This document shows, in pieces, positions 12,930 through 23,737 of a DNA stretch of 64,000 nucleotides. Position 1 is the first letter of the stretch; each line of letters opens with the position of its first letter. The stretch is from the NCBI RefSeq assembly GCF_038025025.1, contig NW_027117349.1, forward strand, positions 744,001 through 808,000. The letters run 5' to 3'. The notes under the pieces are model-generated. The model had not been told where the DNA came from and did not search any database. It was given only the letters and a program-made list of their open reading frames with translations. The position numbers were made by a program, and so were the translations under genes. The stretch is from Phyllosticta citribraziliensis (Eukaryota).

Positions 12930-13362
12930 CGATTTGCGAGTCTCTTGCTTCTGCTCAGACGGCGGCGGTGCTTTATCCTTTTTCACTTGGGGCCTGGATG
13001 GCGCTTTCTTCGAGTCGTGTACTAGAGTGAATGTGTTCTTTCTGTTTGACCCAGCCAGAAACTGTACTGTGGCTCAGTCCAAACCAGTCGGCAGCCTCTT
13101 TTTGGGTCGGGGCCGCCAGGACTCATGGATGGTGGTGAATGATGCCGTCTCGATTTTCACTCGATGATGTTCCAGGAACATGAGAACTCGAATCTTCTTT
13201 TCTCTCCTGTGTGTCTCTTCCTTGCGCTTCAATGGGCCGCGAAAGGTTGGTTTCCGCTCCGATGAGGGCTTTGGCTTAGGTCCAGGCTTGCGCAGAAACG
13301 AATGTGGACACAACTTCAAGTGAATCCTTCGATGACATGGTATCTCCGGATTTCCGAGGCAT
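12930..13362 (-). pseudogene. Frameshifted HTH DNA-binding gene relic (pogo/CENP-B-like N-terminal HTH)
   Basis: RKPGPKPKP...REKKIRVLMFLEHHRV...WRP continues in another frame as TQKEAADWFGLSHSTVSGWVKQKEHI, an HTH pattern. The shift falls in the G4 run 13109-13112. The upstream ATG (13362) is also out of frame. Confidence 0.55.
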
Positions 13363-15221
13363 GGTTGTGGTGGTAAATATGGTTGACGACGGCGAGTTGG
13401 GAGACGCGAATGCAGCCCGCCCGACGCGCACAGGTGCACGAGTGTCAACAAGGTGGCAGAATGCTCACCGCCCCACAACACTGCTGATTGGTTCGCGGTC
13501 GCACTGGTCGGCGAGGTGCCTGCCGTGATTCCATGCCTGCGGTGGTGGGCGAGGACGGCTGGGGGACGGGAGACATAGGGCATGACGTCACCATCATCTC
13601 CTCAACCACCGCAAGGTACCTTCGATAACCATAAGCAAACGGCTTTCACATACTGCACAGCTCTCATCGAGAGAGGCCACACTATGATTCACAGCTTCGA
13701 CAATTCTGAAGATCAGATTCAACGTGCAAAATCCTTCAATTAATGACTTTCCTTTTCCCGCTCACCTAGCGATGAGGTGCAGAAGTCTCCCGTCTGCTCT
13801 CGCAGGATTCGCAATGGGACGCGACTAGCGGGAAGCGCAACGGCGGGGGCAGCAGACCAGCACAGAGTGGACTCCAAGAACCTGGTTGCAAGCCTCGTCC
13901 CAATGATTCATATCTCCCACTCGCGCGTCTCGCAAGCCTGAATGCTAGTGTGGAAGAGACGCGGTCTCGAATCAGAACAACGGCAAAGGCCCATGTGCCA
14001 CTGAATCGTGACACGATTGACACGGCGCCCTCGTGCCTCATGGTCTGCTCGCACATGTCGCATGTGAAAAGGTACGAGCCGACGTGCATGTCGGGTGTCG
14101 GGTCGTCAGGATCTCGCTGCTCTCGACAGTTAAGGCCGTACAGCTTGCTACAGGGCCTCGCATTAGACGCTGAGGTACCGCGATGGAGGATCAAGTATCC
14201 CCACGCGCGGATCGCGAGACAGCTGCGACTGACGGCACTTGGAGGACTGCCGGACTTGAGATGCAAGTCGGATGTTGCCCTCGAGATCAGATGGCACCTA
14301 GGCGTGCTGAACCGATGGCGTCGTCTGAAAGATGGTGGGGTACACTAACGAGACAAGGGTACATGTACGAGGGGCACCATCTCAGACCAGAGCTCGACCG
14401 TGTTCCCTACAGGCAAATCTAGAAGAATAGAAGGGTCTACTCTGGTGGGCCCTGGCATTGAATAGGTACGAGGCATTTACGGGCGTAGAAGATGCCATGA
14501 TGACATTGCTGCTCGCATTAAGGTTTAGGTGCTGGATAACGGCCCGTAGGTGGCCAGTGAAGGTACTGTACCTACTGTACGTACATATGAAGCTTTTTGA
14601 GACGCTCGGTTCCTGCCGCACCTTTAGCCTGACCATAACCACCACCACCACCACTACCACTCCTCCAACCAGGCGGCAGCTGTCATGGTAACCATTCTAC
14701 TCGACCGCCGTTATAAACCTCTGGAAATCTCTGCTCTCTGACCGCCGTGGCCCTCATCATCGCCTGTTCGACCGCTCGTTGCCTGCCTGCCTGCCTGGTT
14801 CGCTCCTGCTGCTGCTTCTCGCCCTTCGATTTTCTCCAGTCCCGCCCCGCCGTCGTCTTGCGTCACGTTGTGCAGCGTCGCCAAAAAGCGCGTGCTCTAC
14901 CGCCAAAAAACCGACGACTCTCATCCCCCCAACCTCCGAATCGCCGCCTCCCGCGGGTCAAGTGATTCGCATCGCGTCGGAGGAAATTGCAAAAGAAGGA
15001 AAAAAGCGAGCTAGTGTCAGCAGGCTGCTGGTCTCCTTTTCCGTTTCAGTCTTCTCTTTTTTCTTTCTTTCCTACTTTCCACACTATTCTTAATCGTCTC
15101 GGCTTTTACGCCTCGAGAACTGAGCGCGCCGTCTTCTTCAGCGCGCGAATATCCCCCTAAGCATTCTTTTTTATTTTTTTATTTCTCCTCCCCATTCCGG
15201 CTTAGGCACTCCTCGACCGTC

Positions 15222-16437
15222 ATGGCGCCTAGACCTCCTTCGGCTGATTTGAAGCTGCACTTGTCCGATTACATCAGATTGAGTTGGATTCTCTGCATCG
15301 TTGGTGAGCAGCTCTCCTCCCGTCTTTTTGAAACTTTGACTGACCTTTTGGATAGTGATCAAAACGACTTTGGCGTTGTTGGCTGTCCCTTTTACTACGA
15401 AGAAAGCGCCTGGTCTTACCCGTCATTTGATGTACACGGCTCTGCGTGCATTCACGGCTCACGCCGACTCTAGACTGGAACAGTAAGAATCCCCATGGAT
15501 TGCTTGATAAAGTCTAACATGGAATGTCAGAGGTCTGGTCCCCGGCACCGAGGAAAGCTACGAGGACTACTGCCGCATCTACAAATGCAAGCCGCGATTC
15601 GAGATTCTCGAGGACGGGACGCGAGCCTACTGGATGGGCTCCAAGACAGCCCGAAACGTCATGCTCTACCTGCACGGAGGCGGCTACGCGTTCCCCATCT
15701 CCAACCTGCACTTCAAGTTCCTGCACTTTCTCCTCGACGATGTGAACCACAAAGACACGGACGCGCTCTCCATACTCGTGCTGCACTACGACACGACGCC
15801 ATTCGGCACGTATCCGCGGCAACTAGCGCAGAGCGCGGCGCTGCTCAACTACGTGCGCAAGACCCTAGGCATCCCCGCGAACCGGCTCTTTGTCAGCGGC
15901 GACAGCGCGGGCGGCAACCTCGTCATGTCGCTCCTCAGCCACCTGATGCACCCGCACCCAGACCACAGCGTGCCAACGGTGGAGCTAGACAAGGGCGAGA
16001 AGCTCAAGGGCGCGGCGCTCATCTGCCCCATGACCAGCTTCGACCTGGGCGCCGACAGCTTCCAGCGCAACAAGTCGCTCGACGTGATTGACGGCCGCGC
16101 CGGCCTGCGCTGGGTCAACGCGTACCTGGGCGGCAAGCCCCACGACCCGTACAACGAGCCGGCCTGCACGCCCGAGGGCTGGTGGAAGAACCTCGCCTCC
16201 GTCTGCCGCGACGTTTACCACCTGATCGGCGGCAACGAGGTCATGCTCGACCACGAGGTGCTCTGCTACAAGAAGATCGAAAAGGAGTGGGCTGGCGAGG
16301 GCGAGATCCGCGTTGAGATCATCCCCGGCGAGGGCCACGTCGCCTGTGCCACGGACCTGCAGGGCGGCTACGACAAAGAGGACATCAAGACGTACACGGC
16401 CGTGCGCGACTGGTTCAAGATGGAGGTGCAGACTTAG
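15222..16437 (+). CDS. Alpha/beta hydrolase, HSL-like esterase (Abhydrolase_3 / Say1-like), 3 exons
   Basis: HGGG oxyanion motif, GDSAGG nucleophile elbow, C-terminal GEGH. Introns 15304-15355 and 15483-15530 link Met 15222 in frame. Confidence 0.88.
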
Positions 16438-17222
16438 GGGGTTTTGTACTGAGTTGATCCAACCAACCAACCTACAATCTAGGCCGCGAGATGCTTTGGT
16501 GGTGGTGTTTACGCAAAGTGCATGTATGCGCCGGAGGGCCGCTCCTTCCACAACGCGTAGAATCAAAGACAGAGAATATTTACATGTGGTTGTTGATGGC
16601 GACAGAGACGAGTCAAAAAACAATGAAATCCCTACCAATTGAAAAGCAGCCGAGAGCGCACCCGCGGATTCGAACGCCCGTCACAGCACTTTCCTATTCG
16701 GGCTGCTTCTCTGCCGCTTTGGGATGCTGCCGCACACTTTCATGTTGCAAAACAAAATGAGGTCGAGCCAGGAGGACCAAGCGGGGAGGTTTACGCTTGG
16801 TGCTCCTGACCGAGGATAGTTGTCGCGAAAACAATTTATGTAGGTCGATGCCCAGGGAGAGGAGGGGTGGGAGGGGACAGGCCATCCTGACTAGATTCGA
16901 GTCGAAAGTCTTTCTTTGCATCATGACAACATCAGCGGATATTAGCGAGGCCAGTGGAATTTTGAAGCTGGCTGGCCGAGTGTGCATGCTGGCGTAAAAA
17001 GTTGCATCGTTGTCACAGTGTAAGAAACTCGACTCGAAGAAAAGACGGGTTGACAAGGAGCGACGAGAGGAAATTTCTCATCGAAACCGATTTCTCACCC
17101 ACTTCTCCCCACGCTTCTCTTCTCCGTGCTTAGCCAGCGCTGCTTGGCTGAGCGCCTGCACACCCGTCTACATACCTAGTTGCAGTCGTAAAATCGCCTA
17201 CACTGGTCTAAGCTGGCCATGT

Positions 17223-19554
17223 CTACCGATCATGGTCATGCGCTCTGCTGCCCCTGCTCCCAACACTGCGCAGCTCAATCGCATCGTCTCTGTCTCTGTC
17301 CCTATCGCGCCTCAGGCTGGCCCGGCGCTGGTGTTGGCCCTGCGGCGCGTTGCCCTTTGCCCACGCACCCTGCGCCTCGCCGCGCTCCGCCTCGTCGCTC
17401 AGCTCTTCCTCGCTCTTGCGACGCGCACTCGCGCTATCGCCAGACGCCTCGGCCGCAGCCGTCACGACACCACCAGCGCCACTCGGGCCGGCGCCGTCCG
17501 ACGAGTCCTCCTCGACCAGAATGCCGCCGCACGACTCCATGGTGAAGGGGCTGGCGGTCGGCGCGTCGAGGACGCCCAGCTCCTGCGGCGTGAAGTATCG
17601 CGGCAGGAAGTGCGAGCGGATGGGGATGAGCAGCAAGATGAAGATCGGGAAGCCAATGGCAGCAATGGTCTGCGTGATGGCGAAGGTGGCGCCGAAGCCG
17701 ACGAGGGCCAGCGCGACAAAGATCCAGATGGCGGCGCGGCGCGGGATGCGCGCCAGCGGGTCCGACGCGTTGGTCAGCGCCTTGTCGCGGATCAGGAACA
17801 GCATCTTGAGCGTGATGCCGTTGCCCTCGAGCGCTTGCACGCCCATGACGAAGAAGAGTCCTGCCAGCACAGCTTGCGGGATCAGGTGCAGCACGATGAG
17901 CAAGGGTCCCGTCATGGTGCCCAGCGTGAGGAGGCCTTGAGCGAGGTTGGATACGCGCTGCTCGACGACGTGGTCGACGACGCGACGGGTGTGGCCTTTG
18001 TTTGTTTCGTCGTCGTCGTCAGCCACGGTGCGCGTCACGCAGAGCGCGTTGGTGTGGAAGGGCGCTTGCGGGATGAGGCCGTTTGGAAAAGGGATTCCAA
18101 GTAGCCCAGCCACACCCGTAGTCACTCCCAAGAGAAAGAGGTCCCAGTGAAATCCAGCAGGTTTGCGGAGAGGGAACTCAGTGCCCTGAGCAATGAGTGA
18201 CGACACTAGAAACATTAGTCCTGCATCATGGCAGGGTTTGGGCATAAGTACCATTGTGATCAAAGTAGAACAAGATTGTCAAGAGAACAGCAAAGGGAAT
18301 GGCGATGAAGATGTCTCCAACGTCAATGTCCCAAAAGTGTATGAACCAGCCGCGGTCAGTGGTTGGGTAGAAAGCCTTGCTTGTTGGCAGTTTGAGCAAG
18401 TCAATGCTCCGCATCTTTCCAATGTGAACGAACCCCGTGAAAAAGATGACCGTCAACGGCGTGGCATAGTCTTCGATGAACTTTCTGACGTTGCGATGGA
18501 ACAGGTTGCTGTTGCCGAGAACGCCTCCTAGGTACGCAGTCATGAGAACGAGCAGCGAGATGCTGATCGCCAGGTAGGCCGAAGCATCACCGGCTTCCCA
18601 CTGGCGAGTGAGGACCTGGATGCCCTTTTGAAGATAGATAAAGGCAACGTAGAATCCAAAGATGTCACAGGAAAAGCGAGTGACATATTTGAGCCAGTTG
18701 CAGGAATTTCCAAAGGCCAAAATCGAGTGCATGATAAACGACCATCTGAATGGCGTCAGCTTCAGTGCGGACCTGGACGCTTCTCAAAACTCACATGCCA
18801 ATCCAGCACATGAACGAGAAGTAGTTTGTGCCACGAGGCACCATGATGTCGTAGACAGTATAGTTGAACACGGTAATGGGGCCTGTTGACTCTCAGCAAC
18901 AAGGCCAAGCTGCCAATTGCATTCCAACGCACCAGTTACGCCGACGATGACAAGCGGCTGCGCGGCAAAGATCGAAAAGACCACGGAACCGAGGACAGAC
19001 GCAAGCAGGACCTCGTTGACGCCAAAGCTCGAGTCCGTCTTGGTGAACATGTCGAGAGAGAAGGCCAAGGCCGGGAGGATGCTGCATAGCCGTTAGGAAC
19101 ACATCGGGGGCGGACTCGGATGTCAAGCTCTGGGCTCGACCAAATCCGAGATGCAATCAATTCACGGGGGCACATGGGGTCGTTGGACCCAATAGGGCGA
19201 TGATATATCTCGCGGAGATACGTACTTTGCAAAATACATATATATTGTTGCTGGCACGACTCTATAGTCCCACGCGTCGGTCCAATCCGAGACAAAGAAT
19301 GGGGCTCTCCTCCTCAAGTCATTGACCATGCCCTCGAACCATCGTATGCCCAGAAACTTGACGTGCATTGTAGAGGTGGTCCTGGTCGAGGCGCGCGTCT
19401 GTTCGCGTTCGAGGCGCTCCTCGCGGGCCGTGGGCTGATTCTTCCACGATAGCAGCGACATTCTCTTCTGCCACGGCCGGCGGGTCTTGGGTTCGCGAGC
19501 GGAATGGGAGGGATGGCGTTGGCCGGGGAGGGTGAAGGAGTCGGAGGGCTCCAT
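17223..19554 (-). CDS. BOR1: Borate/bicarbonate (SLC4/HCO3- cotransporter family) transporter, multi-exon
   Basis: DLRRRAPFFVSDWTDAW, YMYFANILPALAF, QPLVIVGVTGP, TRFSCDIFG, FYFDHN, KPAGFHWD, GLIPQAPFHT, EQRVSN. Four GT-AG introns connect the ORF pieces. Confidence 0.92.
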
Positions 19555-20683
19555 GGTGGAGGAAGCCGTGGGCGATAGCTAGTGAGCTAGAGTACTGCAG
19601 TCAAAACGAGTGAAGTGCTAGAGGGGATTGTCGACCATGGCGACAAGGGCGGCATGGGATGGACTGTCTGATAACCGAAAGTGCGTTAGGCGTTGGGCGG
19701 TGAGAGTTTTAAAGTCGAGCAGGGAGTGCGGAGAAATGGGGTTGGGGTCATATCGCGAGTCAGGGCCTGAGGTGCACAGAGCTCAGATTGCGTCATGGCG
19801 TCGCGAAGTCGTCGCGCTCGTCCACTCACCACGCGCCTGTTCTTGCTATGACAACGACGTCCAACTTGGCTGTTTTCTACAGCAATCAAATGCCTCGATT
19901 GTTGCGCTCATATTCGCGTCTCTCCAGTGCACAGCCACGCCAAGCTCGATTTACTTTGGCACCTCTCCGTCATCGGCACCGCCGCCATCGCCACTCCCGA
20001 CACCGGACACCAGCGAGTTCCTCATGAACCTATCCATGGATGCCGCGGCAGGCAGGCTTAAACACAATCGCCAACCACAGGAAGGGCTGGCTGATGATCA
20101 GGTTTCGTCAGTTGTGAGCATGTTCAGTGTCCATTTTCGCCCGTTTTCCGTATTCCGATCCACCCTCATCTCTTGCTCAAGCCCGGGCCTCTTCCTCTGA
20201 GTCACATTGCCTTTGAATCTCTCGTACCGTGCCTGGAGAACCCCGACTTTGCGTTGGTCGAATGAGACACTTTGCTTCCTGCGAGAATCTGACTGTCCAT
20301 GGAACCTTGTCCAACCCATTCTGCCGCACGGCTACTCGCGACTTTTACAAAGCCCTCCCTGAGTTGTGGAGCTTTGGGAGAAAGCGCACGGGAGCATTCA
20401 GTGTCATGGTCAGCATCTGTTCATGACAATAATGCCGCTTCTCCTGATGGCAGACAAAGATGCTGTTCAAAAACGTCCAGCAACGGCCGGATGCGGTCTC
20501 CTTGGCTGCCACTTCAGCCAACAAAGCGCAAAGACTTTCTTTAATTTTGCCCATTTACTCGATAGAAACGTGGCTTTCATTCCAGCAAGATGCTAATATA
20601 TTATGGAGGCTCATGGTTCTTCTTTTTCCGTGCATCCCAACCCTGTATTCCGAGTCTCCCATTGACTTCAAAGCTACTTCACA

Positions 20684-23600
20684 ATGTACCCCGGCACAGG
20701 CAGAGGGAGAGGGCTGGGCCGCGGCAGGCCAAACAGGCAACTCGAACACCTCGACTTCCTCGAGGATGACTTTCTGTCCTCTCAATGGCCGGAGAGACTT
20801 CAATCGTCGCGAGCCTCGCGGAACTACCAGTTTTTCCCTGGATCAACAACGTGGCGCTCGAGGCTGCCTCCAAGAGTCTTCGTACCATCTATGAGGGACG
20901 ACACTGGGCCAACTTCCGCCCGATCTGCTCCTGGCCTCTTGCAAAGAAGCGAGACTTCCTCCAGCTTGCGAGGCGTTGGACAAGCAAGACAACGTTTGCG
21001 GAACACGGCAGCCAGACTACCTCCAAGAAGAAGTCCACGGCACAATGTCTTTCCGCGGACGCCCAATTCAGCATCTTTTGAACCACCTCCTGCCTCCACT
21101 CGACGCGTTCAGTTCAACGTCCCGTCCGCTACGCCTCCTGTATCACGAAACGAGGCCATGTCCGAATATTTCAAGAGACTTTCCACCGCCAGGGCGGAGA
21201 CGAGGCCATATCGGATCCCAGAAACACCTCGAAGCGCTCCACGCACCGATCATGGGCCTTCTCAGCCAACTCCTCGGCAGCGGGGCCGGGGCCGTGATCG
21301 TCATTTCGAGCTAGGACCCTCAGTCCCAGTAGGCCAATCGCCACGTCCTTCATCATTGAGGATCCCTCGTACGCCCGCGAGCAACACCCTCTCATCCCGC
21401 CTCGAAAGATATGACTTTGACGAAGACACCGCCGTGAACACCCCCCTGACTCCCCGGCGTAGAACCAGGAGATCAAAGCCATTTGTAGAATCTGTGACAG
21501 CGTCACCCAGCTATCCCAAGCCTAGAAGCAGCGGCCGCACGGCCAAGCCCAAGAAGAAGCAAGACCCCGAAGAGCGCTCCTACGTGCCCAAGACCGCGGA
21601 GTATGAGGAGCATTCCGACGCCATCGACGGCGGAGCGTTGACAAGCGGCCGACGCACGCGCAGTAGCGACCGCAAAGGCAGAGGCAGAGCCAGCAATCAT
21701 GGCGACGACTGGCCGTGGCCTTCGGTCCCAGTGGGCCAGTCGCCCCCTCCACCTTGGTTGAGGCGACCAGCGCCTACAGCGTACACGCCCGCTCCTCCGG
21801 CGAAGAAATCTCGAAAGCGCAAGCAAGACGCCGCATACCGCCCCGACAAAGCCTCCGAATCTGACGGGGATGTCATCATGATATCGCCCCCGGGTAAGAG
21901 ACGCAAGGTCAGGAAATCAGCTGCGGACGTCGAAACGAGGACGACGAGCCGCCCTAAATCAAGTGGTAGCGGCCGCAAAGGCAAAGGGAGGACGAAGCCC
22001 AAGCCAGAAGAGCTCTCCTACGTCCCCGAAAGCCCAGAAGATGCGGACGAGCGCGACGCTGGCCCCGCAACCAGCAAGACCCGCGGCAGCGGACGCAAGC
22101 GCAAGACAAAGGAATCTGATCGCTCCTTTGTTCCAACTGTGGAAACCGAAGACGAAGACGACGATGTTGTTGAAGGCAAGATTACTAGCCGTTATACGCG
22201 CAGCAAGTCCAGGTCGATCCCCGAAGACGACGACGACGACGACGACGAAGAAGAACAAGGCGACTTGGACCTCGCCACCGCAGACAACGAAGCGGCGTGG
22301 GACAACATCATTAACTCCTCACCCTTCAGCCGGCGAGTCACCCCTCAGCAGGCTCGCCTCTTTCGTCCGTCGCAAGTATGGGCGACCAGACCGCCCAGCA
22401 CCCCGTTCGCCCGGAGCATGGTGCTGCCGGATGCGCAAGACGACCACGATGGTTCCGAACAAGACGATTCGCAGTCAGTGGTAGACCTGGCATCAGAAGA
22501 TATTGATGCGGCGTGGGACGACGTTTTCTCCCGCTCATCGCCCCCCAACGATGGTGATGGAAGCGACGGCGACAAACAAGACGACTCGCAGTCAGTGGTG
22601 GACCTGGCGTCAGAAGACATTGACGCAGCGTGGGACGACGTTTTCTCCCGCTCCTCGCCCTCCCACGATACCGCTGGAAGCGAAGGCGACGAACAAGACG
22701 ACTCACAGTCAGTGGTGGACCTGGCGTCAGAAGACATTGATGCGGCGTGGGACGATGTCTTTTCCCGCTCCTCGAACTCCAAAGATTCCGATGAAGACGA
22801 CGACGATCAAGACGACTCGCAATCAGTCGTAGACCTGGCGTCAGAGGACGTAGATGCGGCATGGGATGACATTATCTCCCGCACCTCGCCCCCGCGCACC
22901 CGTGTCGCCCCTTGGCAGCCTCGCGGTCCTCGCGTCTATCCTCCTCAGACCTACCGTGCCTTGGGCGGTGGGCCACTCAATCGCCACTTCAATATGGATC
23001 TTACGCTGCCGGACAAAGACAAGGGAAATAAGGGGGCGAGTGACGTTGTCATCGTCATCAATTCGCCCTCGTCTTCCTCTCTGTCTTCCTATTCCGACGA
23101 CGAGGACGCCGATGACGCCGACGCCGACGGCTACCACACAGCGCCCACGACGCCCGTCCCCACCAACGCGCGCAAGCGCAAGGCAGCCGAAGCCGTGGAT
23201 GAAGAGGTCACCGCAAGCCGTCCTAAGCCCGCGCGCCGCGGTCTCCTGCCCAAGCCCATCAGAGTCGCAGATCTCACAAAGGACAACGAAGCAACAAAGA
23301 GCAGTCCCAAGTCCACGCGCCGCCGCGGCCGACCGAGCAAGACCAAGGCAGCTCCGGTCACAGCAAGCGGCCCCAAACCCGCGCGCAGCGGCCGGCAGAG
23401 CAAGCCAGAGAACAAAAAAGCGGTGGCACCGCCAGCGCCGTCGAAGCGGCGACAGCCCTCGCGCCTCTCGCACGTCGAAGTCGGCACCACCGCTCCTGCT
23501 GCTGCTCCCGCTCAGACGCCTGACGCTGCTGGCGACGCGGCTGACAGCGACGCGCCTTCGACGAGGACGAGGGGAGCGGCGAAACGGCGCGCGTCGGCGG

Positions 23601-23737
23601 CTCCTGATGCTGCGTCGGCACCTAAGGCGAAGAAGCAGAAACAGGACAAGACGCAGCAGAAGACGCAGCAGAAGAAGCCTCAGCCTGCTTCAGCTACGGG
23701 TACCAGACGCAGCACACGATCGCGCAAGACGACCTAG
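20684..23737 (+). CDS. Orphan 1017-aa disordered basic/acidic protein with tandem repeats and AT-hook-like motif
   Basis: 3-kb uninterrupted ORF with acaATG start context. Repeat copies differ mostly at synonymous positions. Contains RRGRPSK and several NLS-like basic clusters. Confidence 0.75.
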   Translation: MYPGTGRGRGLGRGRPNRQLEHLDFLEDDFLSSQWPERLQSSRASRNYQFFPGSTTWRSRLPPRVFVPSMRDDTGPTSARSAPGLLQRSETSSSLRGVGQARQRLRNTAARLPPRRSPRHNVFPRTPNSASFEPPPASTRRVQFNVPSATPPVSRNEAMSEYFKRLSTARAETRPYRIPETPRSAPRTDHGPSQPTPRQRGRGRDRHFELGPSVPVGQSPRPSSLRIPRTPASNTLSSRLERYDFDEDTAVNTPLTPRRRTRRSKPFVESVTASPSYPKPRSSGRTAKPKKKQDPEERSYVPKTAEYEEHSDAIDGGALTSGRRTRSSDRKGRGRASNHGDDWPWPSVPVGQSPPPPWLRRPAPTAYTPAPPAKKSRKRKQDAAYRPDKASESDGDVIMISPPGKRRKVRKSAADVETRTTSRPKSSGSGRKGKGRTKPKPEELSYVPESPEDADERDAGPATSKTRGSGRKRKTKESDRSFVPTVETEDEDDDVVEGKITSRYTRSKSRSIPEDDDDDDDEEEQGDLDLATADNEAAWDNIINSSPFSRRVTPQQARLFRPSQVWATRPPSTPFARSMVLPDAQDDHDGSEQDDSQSVVDLASEDIDAAWDDVFSRSSPPNDGDGSDGDKQDDSQSVVDLASEDIDAAWDDVFSRSSPSHDTAGSEGDEQDDSQSVVDLASEDIDAAWDDVFSRSSNSKDSDEDDDDQDDSQSVVDLASEDVDAAWDDIISRTSPPRTRVAPWQPRGPRVYPPQTYRALGGGPLNRHFNMDLTLPDKDKGNKGASDVVIVINSPSSSSLSSYSDDEDADDADADGYHTAPTTPVPTNARKRKAAEAVDEEVTASRPKPARRGLLPKPIRVADLTKDNEATKSSPKSTRRRGRPSKTKAAPVTASGPKPARSGRQSKPENKKAVAPPAPSKRRQPSRLSHVEVGTTAPAAAPAQTPDAAGDAADSDAPSTRTRGAAKRRASAAPDAASAPKAKKQKQDKTQQKTQQKKPQPASATGTRRSTRSRKTT
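22460..22890 (+). repeat. Coding tandem repeat, 4 copies, period 117/117/114 bp
   Basis: Units start at 22460, 22577, 22694 and 22808 and encode QDDSQSVVDLASED(I/V)DAAWDD(V/I)(F/I)SR. A degenerate fifth copy lies near 22256. Confidence 0.95.

Noticed and set aside
19555..19700. Plant-like boron-sensing AUG-stop uORF ahead of BOR1
   Set aside because: No AUG-stop is present. Only a short uORF of unknown transcript status was seen.
22460..22890. CRISPR-like repeat/spacer appearance
   Set aside because: Eukaryotic context. The repeats are in-frame coding units with synonymous variation and there are no cas genes.
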